Below, piece after piece: positions 13,661-27,939 of a stretch of DNA of 64,000 nt. Positions within the stretch are counted from its first letter, which is position 1. Every line of letters starts with the position of its first letter. The stretch is from Octopus sinensis (lineage: Eukaryota): NCBI RefSeq assembly GCF_006345805.1, contig NC_043001.1:51770001-51834000 (forward strand). The letters run 5' to 3'. The notes under the pieces were generated by a model. That model saw only the letters and a program-made list of their open reading frames with translations, ran no database searches and was not told the origin of the DNA. The translations under genes and the position numbers were made by a program.

Positions 13661-14072
13661 GGCAGTTTGTCTGTCTGTGTGTCTGTGTGTCTGTCAGGTT
13701 GTACCCTCACCCTGACCACGGCTTTCAACCGATTCTGATGAAACTTGACACACACATAGCCCAATGTCATAATTCAAAACTAACGCAGCGAAAATTTTGA
13801 AAAGTTCTCCCAGTTCTGAAAAAAATCGATAAATTCGACATGGGGTCGAGAATCTAAGCTTTTTATATGCAACACATTTTCTGTCTAGAGGACACATCTC
13901 AACAGCTAGGGACAGCTAGGAACATCGTATACACAGAAGTATTCGAGTGAAGAGAAGACATTGCAACCTACACATGCGCCTTTGTTCCCTAGAGGGAAAG
14001 GACTAGATTGGGATTAGTTGTTGCCTACTAGGGTCTCTTACATACCCGGGAAATGCCAGGCTATGCTGCTAG
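13627..14072 (+). mobile_element. Non-autonomous Helitron
   Basis: TC..(TA)n..aaacggcag start with gtctgtctgtgtgtct, and a 3' hairpin cccgggaaatgccagg followed by CTAG-T at 14069-14073. Confidence 0.7.
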
Positions 14073-14483
14073 TATATATATATATATATCTTTAACATCC
14101 ATTTTCTATGCCAGTATGGGTTGAATGGTTTGACCAGTGTTAGCAAACAAGAGAGCTGCACTAGGTTCCAGCCTGATTTGGTTTGGATTCTACAGCTAGA
14201 TGCCTTTCCTAAAACCAACCATTTTGTAGTATGTGCTGGGTGGGTGCTTTTGACATGACAACAGCATGAGAGCGTTTTTTGTGGCACCGGCATGAGTGCA
14301 TTTTTTTACATGGCACAAGCACAGGACTCTTGCAGACCAATTTTCTTCACTAGGGGATGTGGTATTAACACTTCTGCTGTTGAAGACTGGTCTTTTTGAG
14401 TACAGTAAGGTACCAGACAACTGAGTCCTTTGTCATCTTGTCTGAAAAGTTCAGCATTTTTCAACAATTCTGTTGTACATTCC

Positions 14484-14909
14484 TTTACTTGTTTTAGTCA
14501 TTTGACTGACTATACTGAGGTACAGTCTTGAAGGGTTTAGTCAACCAAATTGATTTCAGCATTTATTATTTTAGATAAGTACTTTTTCTGTTGGTCTTTT
14601 CATGCTGAACTACTAAGTTACGGTCATGTAAACAAGCTTATGATGGTTGCAAATCCATGAGAGACAAATACAAACACACATGCTCATACACTCACATATG
14701 CACACTCACTCTCATACTCACTCTCATACTCACACACACACTTACACATTCCACAGACTTCTGCATAGTTTCTGTTTTACCAAATTTACTCACCAGGCTT
14801 TCATCTACCCAGAGTTTTGTCTTGAAGTCACTTGCCAAAGTATCCAAGCAGGACTGAACCAGAAAATACATGATTTACAAATTAAGCTTCTAAACCATAC
14901 AGCCATGCC
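14484..14909 (-). mobile_element. Old family A SINE (CpG-decayed)
   Basis: Colinear with family A; CpG sites are mostly converted to TG/CA. Confidence 0.7.
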
Positions 14910-14965
14910 TGATTCAATAAATCATTCCTTATATAAAAACAATAAAAGTTTATATATCAATAAAC

Positions 14966-15284
14966 ATAGGTGCAAGCAGGGCTATGTAGTAAGAAACTTG
15001 CTTCCCAACCACATGGTTCTGGGTTCAGTTCCATTGTGTGGCATCTTGGGCAAGTGCCTTCTACTATAGCTTTAGGCTGACCAAAGCCTCGTGAGTGGAT
15101 TTGGTAGATGGAAATTGAAAAAAGGCACAGGAGTGGCTGTGTGGTAAGTAGCTTGCTTACCAACCACATGCTTCCAGGTTCAGATTCACTGCATGGCATC
15201 TTGGGCAAGTGTCTTCTACTATAGCCTTGGGCTGACCAAACTTTGTAAGTGGATTTGGTAGATGGAAACTGAAAGAAGCCTGTC

Positions 15285-15338
<54 letters not shown>

Positions 15339-15550
15339 ATGTGTTTGTGTGTGTGTGTTTGTTCCCTCAACATCACTCGACAACCGATGCTGGTGTGTTT
15401 ACGTCCCTGTAACTTAGTGGTTTAGCAAAAGAGACTGATAGAATAAGTACTAGGCTTACAAAGAATAAGTCCTGGGGTCAATTTGCTCGACTAAAGGTGG
15501 TGCTCCAGCAAGGCCACAGTCAAATGACTGAAACAAGTAAAAAGAAAAAG
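14966..15550 (+). mobile_element. Family A SINE with duplicated head
   Basis: Head at 14966-15120 followed by a full copy at 15124-15550. Confidence 0.8.
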
Positions 15551-15644
15551 AATATATGAATATGTGTGTGTGTTTGTCCCCCACCACCACTTGACAACCA
15601 GTGTTGGTGTGTTTGCATCCCTGTAACTGAACAGTTTGGCAAAA

Positions 15645-16120
15645 GTCTTCTTCTTGCCCCTTGTGGAGCATAGGGCCTCAACAGTTGTTTTCCACTTTTT
15701 GCAGGCGTGTTTCTTGGCTGCTTCCCATGTTAGGCCGGTGGTCCTGAGCTCGTCTGAAATGCTCCACTTCCGTGTCTGCTTCGGGCGCCCTCACTTCCTT
15801 TTCCCCTGTGGGCTCCAGTCAAGTGCTTGTCATGTCACATTTGAGGGCTCTTTCCACAGTGTGTGTCCAATCCATCTCCATTTCCTTCATATAATCTGAA
15901 CATGTATGGGATCCTGGTTGGCCCTTTCCCACAGGTCGGTGTTTGGCACTCTGTCTAACCACTTCAGATGGAGGATCTGACGGGGACATTTGTTGATGAA
16001 GGTCTGGATCTTCTTGTAGTTGCTGCACGTGGCTCTCCATGTTTCAGAGCCATACAAAAGCACAGATTTTACATTTGAACTAAATAAGTGGAGTTTAATT
16101 TGAGTTGAGATGGCAGTGGA
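15645..16120 (-). mobile_element. RTE-like LINE 3' fragment inserted into a family A SINE tail
   Basis: Minus strand SNVKSVLLYGSETW..KIQTFINKC..KWRWIGHT..GKRK*GRPKQT with a gaagaagac tail; the SINE tail resumes at about 16120. Confidence 0.8.
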
Positions 16121-16422
16121 CTAAATCCTGGGGTTGATTTATTCAACTAAAAACCTTTAAAGGTAGTGCCCCAGCATGGCCACAGACAAACAAATGAAAC
16201 AAGCAAAAGATAAAAGATATTTACACGTTCTACAATATACTGTGCCTAAATTTCTTATTATATTCTTGAGTGTCTATTGACTGCATACAAATTCATGAGT
16301 CCTGAGAATAACTCTTCAAAATCATTTAAACTAAATGTTTTTTTCACACATATCTGTTAATGAATGTTGAATTAATGAAGTTCTTTTCACATGCATGTAT
16401 TAATAAAATACAGATGTGATTA

Positions 16423-16444
16423 TAAATAATAATAATAATTATTA

Positions 16445-16522
<78 letters not shown>
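16423..16522. repeat. (AAT)n/(TTA)n microsatellite
   Basis: Direct inspection. Confidence 0.9.
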
Positions 16523-16524
<2 letters not shown>

Positions 16525-16705
16525 AGGATGTACCCAGTCCACACTTTTTTGAATTTAATTCTCTGTATTCTGCATTAATTACAATTTAATTTACATCCTT
16601 TTAGTTGCTTCTTACAATACTTTTTTCTCTCTCTTCTTTCAGCACTTAATTTTTCTCTTCTTTATTTCCTAATTTACAGATGTCAGTTTTAGTGTAGGGT
16701 CCCCA

Positions 16706-16743
<38 letters not shown>

Positions 16744-17089
16744 GCAGCTAACACTGCAAAGCTTTCCAGTTAAGTTGGCTCTAAACCCATACGTAAAATA
16801 CCAGCTGACAAGCAGCCAATTTCAGTGGTGACATTATCAACAACTATGCCGGTGGGTAAAGTTTCTATGTAGTTCACACCATTCAATCAAATGTAAACAG
16901 TTGGCTCTTTCATCAAGTATAAAGCATTGAAAACCCTGCAAAACTAATCTCAGTTTTTCTTTTCTTTCATTTTCCTTTTTGTTGAAATGTCTTATTGTAT
17001 TTCTTATTATTAGACTTTTTTTTATATGGTATACATCACTTTGACACTGACTAAAGAAGATTTTTTTTTTTCCTTTAGGTTATATATAT

Positions 17090-17545
17090 AGTCAAATCAA
17101 ATAAATGAACAATAAATTCAACGATAATCAACAAGAGGACGTGCACAATTAATGTATTAGTTTGACGCTCAGTAAAAGGAGAGAGTGTTTTGACGTTTTG
17201 TGTATAGCTCTTCGTCAGAAAGAAAAAAAGTACAGGTCCATGGAAGAAAAAAAATCAGTAGCACCACATGTGTAGTCACACACACACACATATATATATA
17301 CACACACACACACAGACACACACACACACACATACTCTCATTTGCGGTGGTTGGCACTGTGTCTAACATGACCCGTCATCTGGTTGACAGTCAAATGAGT
17401 GTAGGTATAATGGAAATATAGTACGTAAATGGGTACATTCTGGAAAGGGGCTGCAGTGGGAGATGGGAACGGGGAAGTGAAAGAAAAAAGGTACACGTCC
17501 ATGGAAGGAAAAATATCAGCAACACTACATGTGTAGTCACACACA
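17090..17545 (-). mobile_element. Penelope-like pseudo-LTR remnants, partly duplicated
   Basis: Minus strand ctgacgaagagctat..aaaacgtc; the block gtccatggaag..acatgtgtagtcac occurs twice. Confidence 0.5.
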
Positions 17546-17616
17546 CACCATATATATATATATATATAAAAATTATTATTTTATTCTATAAAATAAAATT
17601 CTATAAGAAAAATTAT

Positions 17617-17660
<44 letters not shown>

Positions 17661-17974
17661 CTGTTGAAATGTTGCAGAAGGTGAAGAGTTGACATTGGAT
17701 TGCTGGTGTGGCTATAGAATAAGAAACATAAAGTAAGCCTATGCAGTCACATGAGAATATGTAGTAATGAGTGACTTGAAAAAATAAGGCATAATGGCTT
17801 CCCACGTGGTTGGTGAAAGTAATTGGAGAATGTTCTTTGATGCTAAAGTCCATGCAGGAAACTGCTTTGTTGGTGCAATCTTTTGGTTTGTTGGTATTAT
17901 GCCAAAATGGTGTCCATCTTCGCCATTCACAAAGTGCAGTAGATACTGGAGCGCCTTGTAAGATGTAGTAATTC

Positions 17975-18400
17975 CTACAAAACCTCTTGGTAAACAATAT
18001 TCTCTGTTTTCCCTTGTGGAACAAATGCAAATAGTTTTTTTATTTTGCTTTCCATTCTAGACCAGCCAACATTGCCTATGTAGAGGCATGACTCTTCTAA
18101 GTGAGGTCCTACCACAGACAGTGTTTGACCCTGGGATTTATTGATAGATATTGCGAAACTGATATGAATAGGAAATTGCACTCTTCTGAATGAAAAAGGA
18201 ATTTCTCCTCCTGATGGCATGAGAGGAATCCTGGGTATGAAATAATTCTCTCCTTTTCATCATCCAGAGAGAATGATGGCCTTAATAACATGTGGCTGGA
18301 ATCATCTGCTTTTCCACTAAGCTTGTCCCATTGCAGAGTGCTGGTGGATCCAAATCCTTAATAACATCACTGGAGTTCCCACTTTAACTTGCAATCTGTA
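17975..18400 (-). pseudogene. Helitron Rep/helicase (PIF1-like) C-terminal fragment
   Basis: FSFRRVQFPIHISFAISINKSQGQTL and GKTENIVYQEVL* match helicase motif V and the usual Helitron C-terminus. Confidence 0.8.
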
Positions 18401-18543
18401 GGGAGACTCCAAGTGAAATTGAAATCAAATTCAATGACTGGCATCCGTGCTAGTGAAGCGCTAAGAGCACCATCCGAGCATGATCGTTGCCAGAGCAGCT
18501 AACTGGTAACTATTTATTTTTTCTTTGTTATTTGTGCACATTG

Positions 18544-18590
<47 letters not shown>

Positions 18591-19320
18591 TTAAAATGGT
18601 TAGGTGACTTCACATAAGTAAATAAAAATTTAAAAAATAAAGTAAAGTAAATATATATTATAAAATAACAAAATACTTTGAGAACTTTATCATAGATAAA
18701 AGAAATAAAGTGTTTACATTTTTATACAAACATGCTATCACTAGCTTAGAAAGAGGGGGTGGAGGTTGTGGTCTGCTCCAGGTGGCACCACTTTAGGATC
18801 TGCTGTAGGCAATATGGGCTTTTTGTGGGAGCCCAGAAGTGGCAAACTGATGGGCCACCCTGGGCTGCATACACTCTAGATACACCAGTTTATGCTATTG
18901 GTTTCAATCACTTAAAAAGACGATTTAGTCATGCTGGAATAAAACGAAAAATAAATTGAAATAAACTGAATTGAATTAATCTTTCCTGATATCAATTCTG
19001 GGGGTAGTTAAATCATCTTTTGTCTTTCTGTGTACACACACACACACACACAGGAGGAGAAACTGGAAGAAGAGAGAGAGAGCACTCAATAGATATTTCA
19101 GGTGAGTAGCAGAATAATACATTTAGAGGGGATTCTCTGAAATATACATATATGAAGAAATCTCTTGATAAGAAAGCATGAGAGATGGAAGGAAAACAAA
19201 AACGTGTATACATTTATTTGTGTGTGTGCATGCATGCTCTGTTAATTCAGGAATTAATATCTGTCAAACAGTTAAGCCACATTTGTCAAAATTGATGATT
19301 GATGCTGACTCTAGCTACTA

Positions 19321-19542
19321 TTAACCCCTTTGATACCAATATGACAGCCCAGGTTCAATGACATTAAGCTTACAGCTTTAAAGTGGTCTGAATTATAATC
19401 TTCCATCAAAATTGTATGTTAATTTGTTTCAAACCCCAGCTTAATAATGAGAAAGTTGTTTTACTATATACTTCATTATTTTAAAAACTAACTGAAATGA
19501 AGGTGGCATATGTTGACAGAAATATGGTAACAAAAGGATTAA
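19321..19542. mobile_element. piggyBac-like MITE (TTAA-flanked)
   Basis: ttaa-cccctttgatacc ... ggtaacaaaagga-ttaa. A similar TTAA-flanked element lies at about 23092-23317. Confidence 0.5.
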
Positions 19543-19579
19543 AGCATTATAACTTGTCTGTTGTCTCTGGTACTCTTTT

Positions 19580-19805
19580 TTACTCTTTTACTCATTTCAG
19601 TCATTTGACTGTAGCCATGCTGGAGCACCACCTTTAATCGAGCATATATACGATGGGCTTCTTTCAGTTTCCGTCTACCAAATCCACTCACAAGGCTTTG
19701 GTCGGCCCGAGGCTATAGTAGAAGACACTTGCCCAAGGTGCCACGCAGTGGGACTGAACCCGGAACCATGTGGTTGGTAAACAAGCTACTTACCACACAG
19801 CCACA
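19580..19805 (-). mobile_element. Family A SINE, internally deleted
   Basis: Tail joined directly to head. Confidence 0.8.
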
Positions 19806-20074
19806 AGCAACTCTTTTTTTCTGGAGCAGGATGCCTGACATTTACAAATAAGCAATTAGTTTTGCTAAATGTGAAATGTCAAAATTTTAAGGTAAATTAT
19901 ATCATTTTTATTGTCATTTATGTAATTGTCATAATTGTTGTTGTTGTTGTTGTTCAAGTGGTTTTGTTAGTTTATGACATTCTTGAATATCATGGATGCG
20001 ATTTTCACTCATTGTTACACTTTATGGCCAGATGCTCATCTGGTCACCATCAGAAATATACATATGCAACACAT

Positions 20075-20122
<48 letters not shown>

Positions 20123-20168
20123 ATGCACACATGCACACATTTGTGCATTTTACAGACAAAGACATATA

Positions 20169-20314
20169 CAAGGGAGTGCTGAAAATCTGATTCACACACT
20201 TACTACTGCAAACCTTCAGATTTTCTAAGCCCTGTAAAAGAACTCAGAAGGTTGGGCTCCCAATAAGGCCTTTCAAGATAACTTTAAAGCCAAAAACTTT
20301 TCAGCACCCTCTTG
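20169..20314. mobile_element. Mariner-derived MITE
   Basis: TA-caagggagtgctgaaaa ... ttttcagcaccctcttg-TA. Same family as 51674-51891. Confidence 0.7.
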
Positions 20315-20323
20315 TAGATGTAT

Positions 20324-20746
20324 ACTCTTTTACTCTTTTACTTGTTTCAGTCATTTGACTGTGGCCATGCAGGAGCACCGCCTTTAGTCGAGCAAATCGA
20401 CCCCAGGACTTATTGTTTGTAAGCCTAGTACTTATTCTATCGGTCTCTTTTGCCGAACTGCTAAGTTACAGAGATGTAAATACACCAGCATTGGTTGTCA
20501 AGCGATGTTTGGGGGGGGGGGGACAAACACACACACATATATATACATATATATACATATATATACATATATACATATATACGACGGGCTTCTTTCAGTT
20601 TCCGTCTACCAAATCCACCCATAAGGCTTTGGTCGGCCCGAGGCTATAGTAGAAGACACTTGCCCAAAGTGTCACACAATGGGACTGAACCCGGAACCAT
20701 GTGGCTGGTAAGCAAGCTACTTACCACACGGCCACTCCTATGCCTA
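20324..20746 (-). mobile_element. Full-length family A SINE
   Basis: Head, microsatellite and tail all present. Confidence 0.85.
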
Positions 20747-20949
20747 TGTATATTATTCATCATTGTGAAAGTCTTTGTAGTTGAGCAAACCCTTGCTTAA
20801 GTACCACCCATGTGGCTTAGAGGTTTGTTTCAAAATCATGTAGTTTGTGATTCTGGGTTTGAAACTACAGCTGCTGCAACTTGGAGAAGAATTTTCTCAC
20901 ATAGCCTTAATCTAATTCATATGTTCTGATGGAAATTAGGTTGAAAATA

Positions 20950-22217
20950 TTAGGTCATCCCATAAATAAGGCAGTCTTATTGTCAGAAGGAGATAAGATA
21001 AACTACTTGCAGCAACTTGCTATAAAAGCAGGTAGTAATTTTACCATGTCCTTATTCTTAGTGCAAGTTCTGAAGAGTGCAGTTCGATTTTAACAATTAT
21101 TTTTTTCAAAGCTATAATGGTTGTGACAAAGGAGCATATTAGGCATATTTTACTTTATGAGTTCAATAAAGGCAACAACACAATGAAAAGTGCAAGGAAT
21201 ATTAATGCAGTATATGGAGATTGGACAATAAGCATAAGCCAGTGACAATGGTAGTTCCAGAAATTCTGAGTCAGAAACTATGGTCTAGAAGATGAGCCTC
21301 ATCCTGGTAGATTTGTAGAGCTTGATGAGGATGTCCTGCAAACCCTGGTGGAACAAAATCCCATTGTAACTGTTGAGGAACTAGCAGAGAAGCTTGAATT
21401 TGATCTTTCAACCATTCATCGATACCTGCGTGCCATTGGAAAAGCCAGCAAATTGGGTCAATGGGTTCCTCACAAACTTTCTTGGTCTAATCACGTGCAA
21501 ACAGTGAATGTATGCTCGTTGCTGCCAGGTTTCACAAATGAACTTCTTTTGAAGGAATAGTGACTGATGATGAGAAATGGGTTCTCTATAAAAATGTCAA
21601 GTGCCAAAGACAATGGGTAGGGAAAAGAGAAACACCAGCACCCCATGATTAAGAATGTCTTCACTCATTTAAGGTGTTGTTATCTGTTTGGTGAGATATG
21701 AAAGGTTTAGTTCACTTTGAACTTTTAAACCCAAACCAAACGATAACAAAGGAGATCTACTGTGAGCAGTTTGAGTGGCTTAAGTCTGCACTAGAAGAAA
21801 AACAATCATCTTTGGTTTCAAGACGAAAGGTGATCTTCCATTAGGATAATGCTCGGCCACATACAGAGAGTATGATATTCCAAAGGATGGAGCAGTTTGA
21901 ATGGGGAACGATGCCCCATCCACCATATTCAGCAGGCATTGCCCCATCTGATTATCATTTATTCTGCAGTCTTCAAAATCATTTGGATGGAAAAAATATA
22001 AATTCTGTAGATGAGGTCAGAACAGTACTGGAAGAGTATTTTTCATCACGGACAAGTGAATTTTGGAAGTGGGGGCCTTGAAAGTCTACCAGATAGATGG
22101 AAGAGCATTGTAGAAAATGAAAGAGTGTGAGTTTTAGATTAAAAAAGAACTTTATCTTAAGTTTTTGAGAAATAAAAGAAGTATTAAAAGAAAAACAATA
22201 TTTATGGGATGACAAAA
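20950..22217 (+). mobile_element. Full-length degenerate mariner (DD34D)
   Basis: TA-ttaggtcatcccataaat ... atttatgggatgacaaaa-TA. Interrupted transposase with WVPHKL, TDDEKW, DNARPH and PPYSAGIAPSDYHLF; D-34-D spacing. Confidence 0.9.
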
Positions 22218-22370
22218 TATACTACTCAGGAGTCCATTGGATTAAACTATTTATAGTTTGTTGATCTAATTCATTGTCCATTGTCCTGTTTAAAACTCTT
22301 CCCCCAGCTTGAGCCTTGGGTGCTTCTAATGGAAGCCGCATTGTGGAAAACATTTAAACCAGGTCTTTTC

Positions 22371-22581
22371 TTTTCTACTCTAGGCATGAGGCCTGAAATG
22401 TTTGGGGAGGGACCAGTCGATTAGATCAACCCCTAGTATGCAACTGGTACTTAATTTAACGAATCTGAAAGGATGAAAGGCAAAGTCAACCTTGGTGGAA
22501 TTTGAACTCAAGACATAAAAATACATGAAATACTGCTAAGCATTTTGCCCAGTATGCTAACGTTTCTGCCAACTCACCACC
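22371..22581 (-). mobile_element. Nin/Deu-domain SINE (family B) with TSD
   Basis: Carries the gactttgcctttcatcctttc..aagtaccag core and is flanked by the direct repeat tttaaac(c/t)aggtcttttc. Confidence 0.75.
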
Positions 22582-25044
22582 TTTAAACTAGGTCTTTTCA
22601 TAGATGCAATACTTCCTACTGAAACTCCCTTGAAATGTTACTTCTTCCATACTTTTCCTCCCAACACTTTTGGAAACCCTGAAAATTTAGTCTTCAACTT
22701 CACAGTAAGTTAGGAGTTTGTAAACTATGGTACACAGGATAAATCTGGCCCACAGCCTCATCTCATCTGGCCTATTGCAAACAAAAATTCTTTGTTTTTC
22801 TTATCTAGCTTTGATTAACAAACAATTAAATTTAGCAATGAAACATAAAGTCAAAATTTCCTTTTTATAGTGGCATCAAATGAATTAATATTTGTTGTCA
22901 TCATAAGAATTATATAAAGTTTTGAGAGAAATTTGGAATAGGATCTTGAAGCATATATATTGGATCTTGAAAAATATAAATTGGATCTTGATGCACATAA
23001 ATGCTATAAATGATAACATGCAATCCAATATTCATATGCTATTATTTATGTCATTTACGTGCTTCAAGAGCCAATTCCGAAAATGAATTAATTAATCCTT
23101 TAGTATTCAGATTATTTTGTCAAATGTAATGCTTATTTATACACATTGTTTTGAATTAATTCTGCATTATCTTAGCTTTGATATTCCAATGACATGATTG
23201 TTTATTTTTAGAATAGCATTATAGGGTAGGTATAAGAGGCCAAATCTGGCTAGTGCAAATGTAAAACAGGTAGACTATTTGAGCCGGATATGACCGATTT
23301 AAATGATAAAAGGTTAATATTTATATTATTCTGTCTATAGAAACTGAAAGTTTCCCAAGGTGTTATATTTTAAGCAGTAAATGCTTTCACATTCCTTAAA
23401 CATTAGCATGCTGTTGGTGCATAATGTTGTTGTACAAGTGTTCTCCCCTCTCAATGTAACATGCACCTGCAGCCATAGAAGAGAAAACTCGTATGGTGAC
23501 ATGATGTATCTAAGTATGCTAAAAGTTAAATAAATGAGATGACAGAGACTAACAACATCTCATATACTGTTGTAATATATAGTTTACAAGAATAGTTGAT
23601 TCTAAGGAAGGAAGGAGTAACAAAAATATTTACTTGTCATTTAATGAAATAAACTGGGTGGCACTACATTTAGCTCAAACCCCAAAGCCAAAATCATTTC
23701 CTGACATTCAGTTGAACTAAAAAATATTTTGACTCTTCCCTGCATACTGAGCCATTCATCAAACATATAAATTTTTGTCATTAGATATGTAACAACATTT
23801 TCATTGCTTTAGGTGATGTTTAAAATTTTTTTTAATCAAGCAGCAGGGTTTCAGTCTTTATTCCTTTTAGCCTACAAAATATAAAAAAAACATTTCCAAT
23901 TATGTTCACTTCAAAAAAAAAAGGTTGCTAAATCTTAGTCAAAAAAGAATATTTTATGGTTGATGCCTATATATGATAATTTTCATGAGATTGGTTGTTG
24001 CACCATCACCACCATCACACCACCACCACCACCACCTTCATCACTAACCGATAGTCAAAGCGAAATCTGGACTCAATGACAAATTCAATTTAGGAAACTA
24101 GAGATTATGGTCTGAAGTTGAAGACAGAAGAATTCCTGAAACTTAATTATAAAATCTCTTTGCACTTAACAGTAAACACTTCTTGTATATGAATCTATTT
24201 TTCACTAAATAGGCTGAATAAGAAAGATTCAAGTGTTTATATCAGGTGGTTCTCCATCTTTTTCACTTCAGGGTGCACTTAAGATCACACAAAAATATCA
24301 CTGACATACTTCATTTGGAAAGTTAAAAACTACTTGTAATTTGCATAAATAGTTCTTTTAAAAAAGACTTTGCTATCAAGAAATTCAGTGAAAAATAAAG
24401 AAAACTATAGTTTACTCTCTTTTGTTGATCATTGCAAAATTATGTATAACATGCTTTAATGTACAACTATTAATATGGATTGTCAAAGCCTTAAATGTTA
24501 TTTTTAAAATGATGCAATACACCTATATACCACTTGCATGCACTAGGGTGCTACTGTGCATCATTTGGAAATCACTTGCGTAATAGATAGTATATGTGTA
24601 TTTGATTGATACAGGTTCAATTTGTTCCAGATTTATAAATATATCAATTTGTTGATGTAACAAGAATATACATATAACCATGGTAGTTTGCACAATTTAA
24701 TAAAAGGAAATGTAAAAAAAAAACGTTATTAAGAGATGAAAGCATCGAAACTATTGGCCTTTATCTTGGAAGTGATAGATGCAATGCCTTGTTTATAAGT
24801 TGTTAGTAAACTAGAAAAAAAATCTATTATTTGAATGGTATAAATATACACTTCTTATTTCCCTTATTCAGTAAATATTTCTTATCAAATTCCATTTGTG
24901 TAAGAAACAAGTTAATGTACAGTTCAAGACACAATGTTTAAGACAAAAGTTCTCTGCAAAGTGCACTAGTAACGTTTTTTTATTTGATCTCAGGGTACCT
25001 AATGAAATTAAGAAGATTAAATGATAGGATCAGGTGCTCTCGTC

Positions 25045-25330
25045 CTATAATTTAGTGCAGTGATGTATCACACGGAAGTCACTTAGTTGTTGATATCCCA
25101 GTCTAGTTAGCTGCAAATAAGGATCAATGTTGGATAAATATAGAGACAAAAGTAGCACAAGCAACGAATCTCGAGTGTTTGGTAGTTCAATGCTTGAATC
25201 AGGATTGTATAACAAAACTGACTCTATAGTGGACACAAACAATCTAATTTATGTGCTATCTTAGAACTCCAGATTTTATGCAGTTTGTGACATGCACTCC
25301 AAGACAAGCATTACATGCCTCATATTACCT
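25045..25330 (-). pseudogene. Decayed non-LTR reverse-transcriptase C-terminal fragment
   Basis: ACHKLHKIWSS and FVSTIESVLLY, typical of RTE/L2-type C-termini. Confidence 0.45.
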
Positions 25331-27939
25331 TCATGCAGCTCAGTCAAATCTTATAAAACTGCTGCTTATCTTCTTAAGTAGTGGGACAACTGCTAAATGT
25401 TGAACATTTTGTTATTTTGCAGCACTAAGTTTAACTCATTCCTGTGAATATAGTTTGTATGGGAATAAGTTTGTCAGGATATTTTTTTTCTTTAGATACA
25501 CTGCATGAAAGCATGATCTGTAGTGTACTTAAGGCCCAATAGTGTATGGTTCTTAGTGGACATGTATAATAATGAATTTAGCTTTATTACAGAGTGGTGT
25601 CTTAAGGCTGAATATATTCACATGACCTGGATTTCATTTCCACAGTAAGCCAATGTGCTTACTGTGTTTATATTCAACTTATATACTCACATTTTTCAAC
25701 TCTATAATAAATAAAAGTTTTATCATCAAAATAAATCATCATTAATAAATGAGTTAATATAATTTAATTAGATTAAATAGATTATAATGTTGTTAAAATA
25801 TACTAATTGGGACTTTTAGGAAAGGTTTCCTTTCCCTTCTTTTATTTCAAATTGTATACTCAAACAAAAAAGACCTTTAATTATCAAAATTGATCCAATT
25901 CTTTGTTATAATCATTATATTTAACCCTATTCTTTTTACCCTATTCTTGCTTAGATTATTATAAAGAATAGTGTTTATATTGTCGTTTTATATTCTTTAG
26001 TGTTAACATGACAGGAGTAAGATCTTATGTAAGAAGAGAAGTTGATTTGTCATTTGTGAAGGACAATAAATTTTTATGAAAATCTACATGAAAAACTTTC
26101 TAAAGATTAAAGATAATTTATTATGTGAAATTAATATGGTAGGCGGACCAGAAGCCTCTCTTTAAAGAAATATATGATTCATATTCACATAAACTGATAT
26201 TGTCTCAGGCATAAGAGTCCACAATGGCCATTCAATATTGAACAGTCTATCATTGGCAATCATGAGTAAGAGCAGCTGATAGTTTTTATTTTTTTATTTT
26301 TTTTTATAGCTATTCAGAAGTCAGAGAAAGAACCTGCTCTTACCATGGCAGAGTTTCCCCTGGCAGGTGATACTGTAACAAATGTCAAGCCTAACTATTT
26401 ACTGTGAAAACATGTCCATAGAAGGAATTGGAGATCTGGTATAAATCGCATAAACAGAGTGAAATTTACAAAAAGCATCCAAGAACCAAGTGATGGTCTA
26501 CATATCTTGCACACCTTTCTCTTTATTACTGTACTACTCCATCCTTTTATAGGCCATGCTTCGAGAATGACAATACAGATAAAAATCTGGGCAGAATTCT
26601 GTTCAAGCACCCCATATAATCCCTCATAACATTTTATTTTTTGGAATTTTCAGGAAGAGTTTGCAAATGTGCATTCTGCACTTGGAAATTCATATGATTA
26701 TAAAATAATAAAATGTTTTTTAATCATTTAAAAAATAACAGCTAAATCGCCCTTAAATCACGCACACAAAAAATCTTTTGTTTCATAATTGTATGAATTC
26801 CCATGTGTAGAACACAAATTCACAAAAGTTTTCTAAAAATTACCCCACCCACCCAAAAGTTATGAGGGTGGGTATATTGGGTGCATAAATCATAATTCCA
26901 CAAAAATCAGTTTCAAATATTTATTCCTTACTTTATACTTCAGAGAAAGGCATACACATCACTAATTCTCTCTACTCTTCCATGAAACCGAAGTGTTGGG
27001 CATCATAAATTGCAACTATTAACAATACTGTTTTGTGTTGTAAACTAGAAAACAACCATACAAACATCAAATAAAAAAAAATATATAATAAATTACATCA
27101 GATTTTGACATGGTTTCTGAACCATAAACTAATTCAAAACCCGTTGGGTCTGATAATCATTATTTGTGCATAAAAGGATTTAAGTATTAAAAGATTAACA
27201 TTCAATATAATGTACATTGAGGATGAGAATAAATTACACACATGCACACATACACAGAAGCATACACACACACATACATACATACACAAATATATACATA
27301 CACATATATATGTATGTGTAAAAGTATGTATATAAATATATATATACTTGATTAAAATCAAAACACCCTCACACACATATACATGCATACATAATACATA
27401 TGAACATACATACATACATATATGAGTGTGTTCATAAATTGTTTATAAATATATGTATTTGATTAAAATCACAATGCTTGTACACACACACACACACACC
27501 TGCTTTCATAACAAGAAATACAGTGAAAACAAGTTTTGAAATCAAATATATGTATATATTTATTTAAGCATATATTTGTATATTATCACATTTACTACCA
27601 TACATGTGCTTAAATACATTTCCTACATTAATTAAAAGAAGAAAAGGAAAAATATTTATTTTAAAACAAAAGAAAAAATAATAATAAATCTATTATCAAG
27701 AAGAAACCTTTCTGTGAAGACAGAAGATGAAAGGGAAATGGTTCTGCAATTGTTCTCTCATCAAATCTACGATTTGTTAATTGTTAATGTTTTATAGAAG
27801 AAATCATGCTTTGTTGGTTTTTGATGAAGTGTTTGTGTTGAGAGAAAGGTTTTGAGCTTTGAGTGACACATGAATAGATAGGTAACTGTTAGGGTTTATC
27901 TGGAACTGCACACACTTGCTAAGCTGTTGCATCTGCTAT

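Noticed and set aside
22940-23000. Three ggatcttga units at 20-21 bp spacing, superficially CRISPR-like
   Set aside because: Units are too short, the spacers resemble each other, the context is eukaryotic and there are no cas genes; it is a small tandem repeat at a fold-back end.
26300-26720. Possible plus-strand exons after tttatag/tttcag acceptors (for example EEFANVHSALGNSY)
   Set aside because: Frames close quickly, good donors are lacking, and nearby GHASR..KHP text suggests a decayed mariner-like relic.
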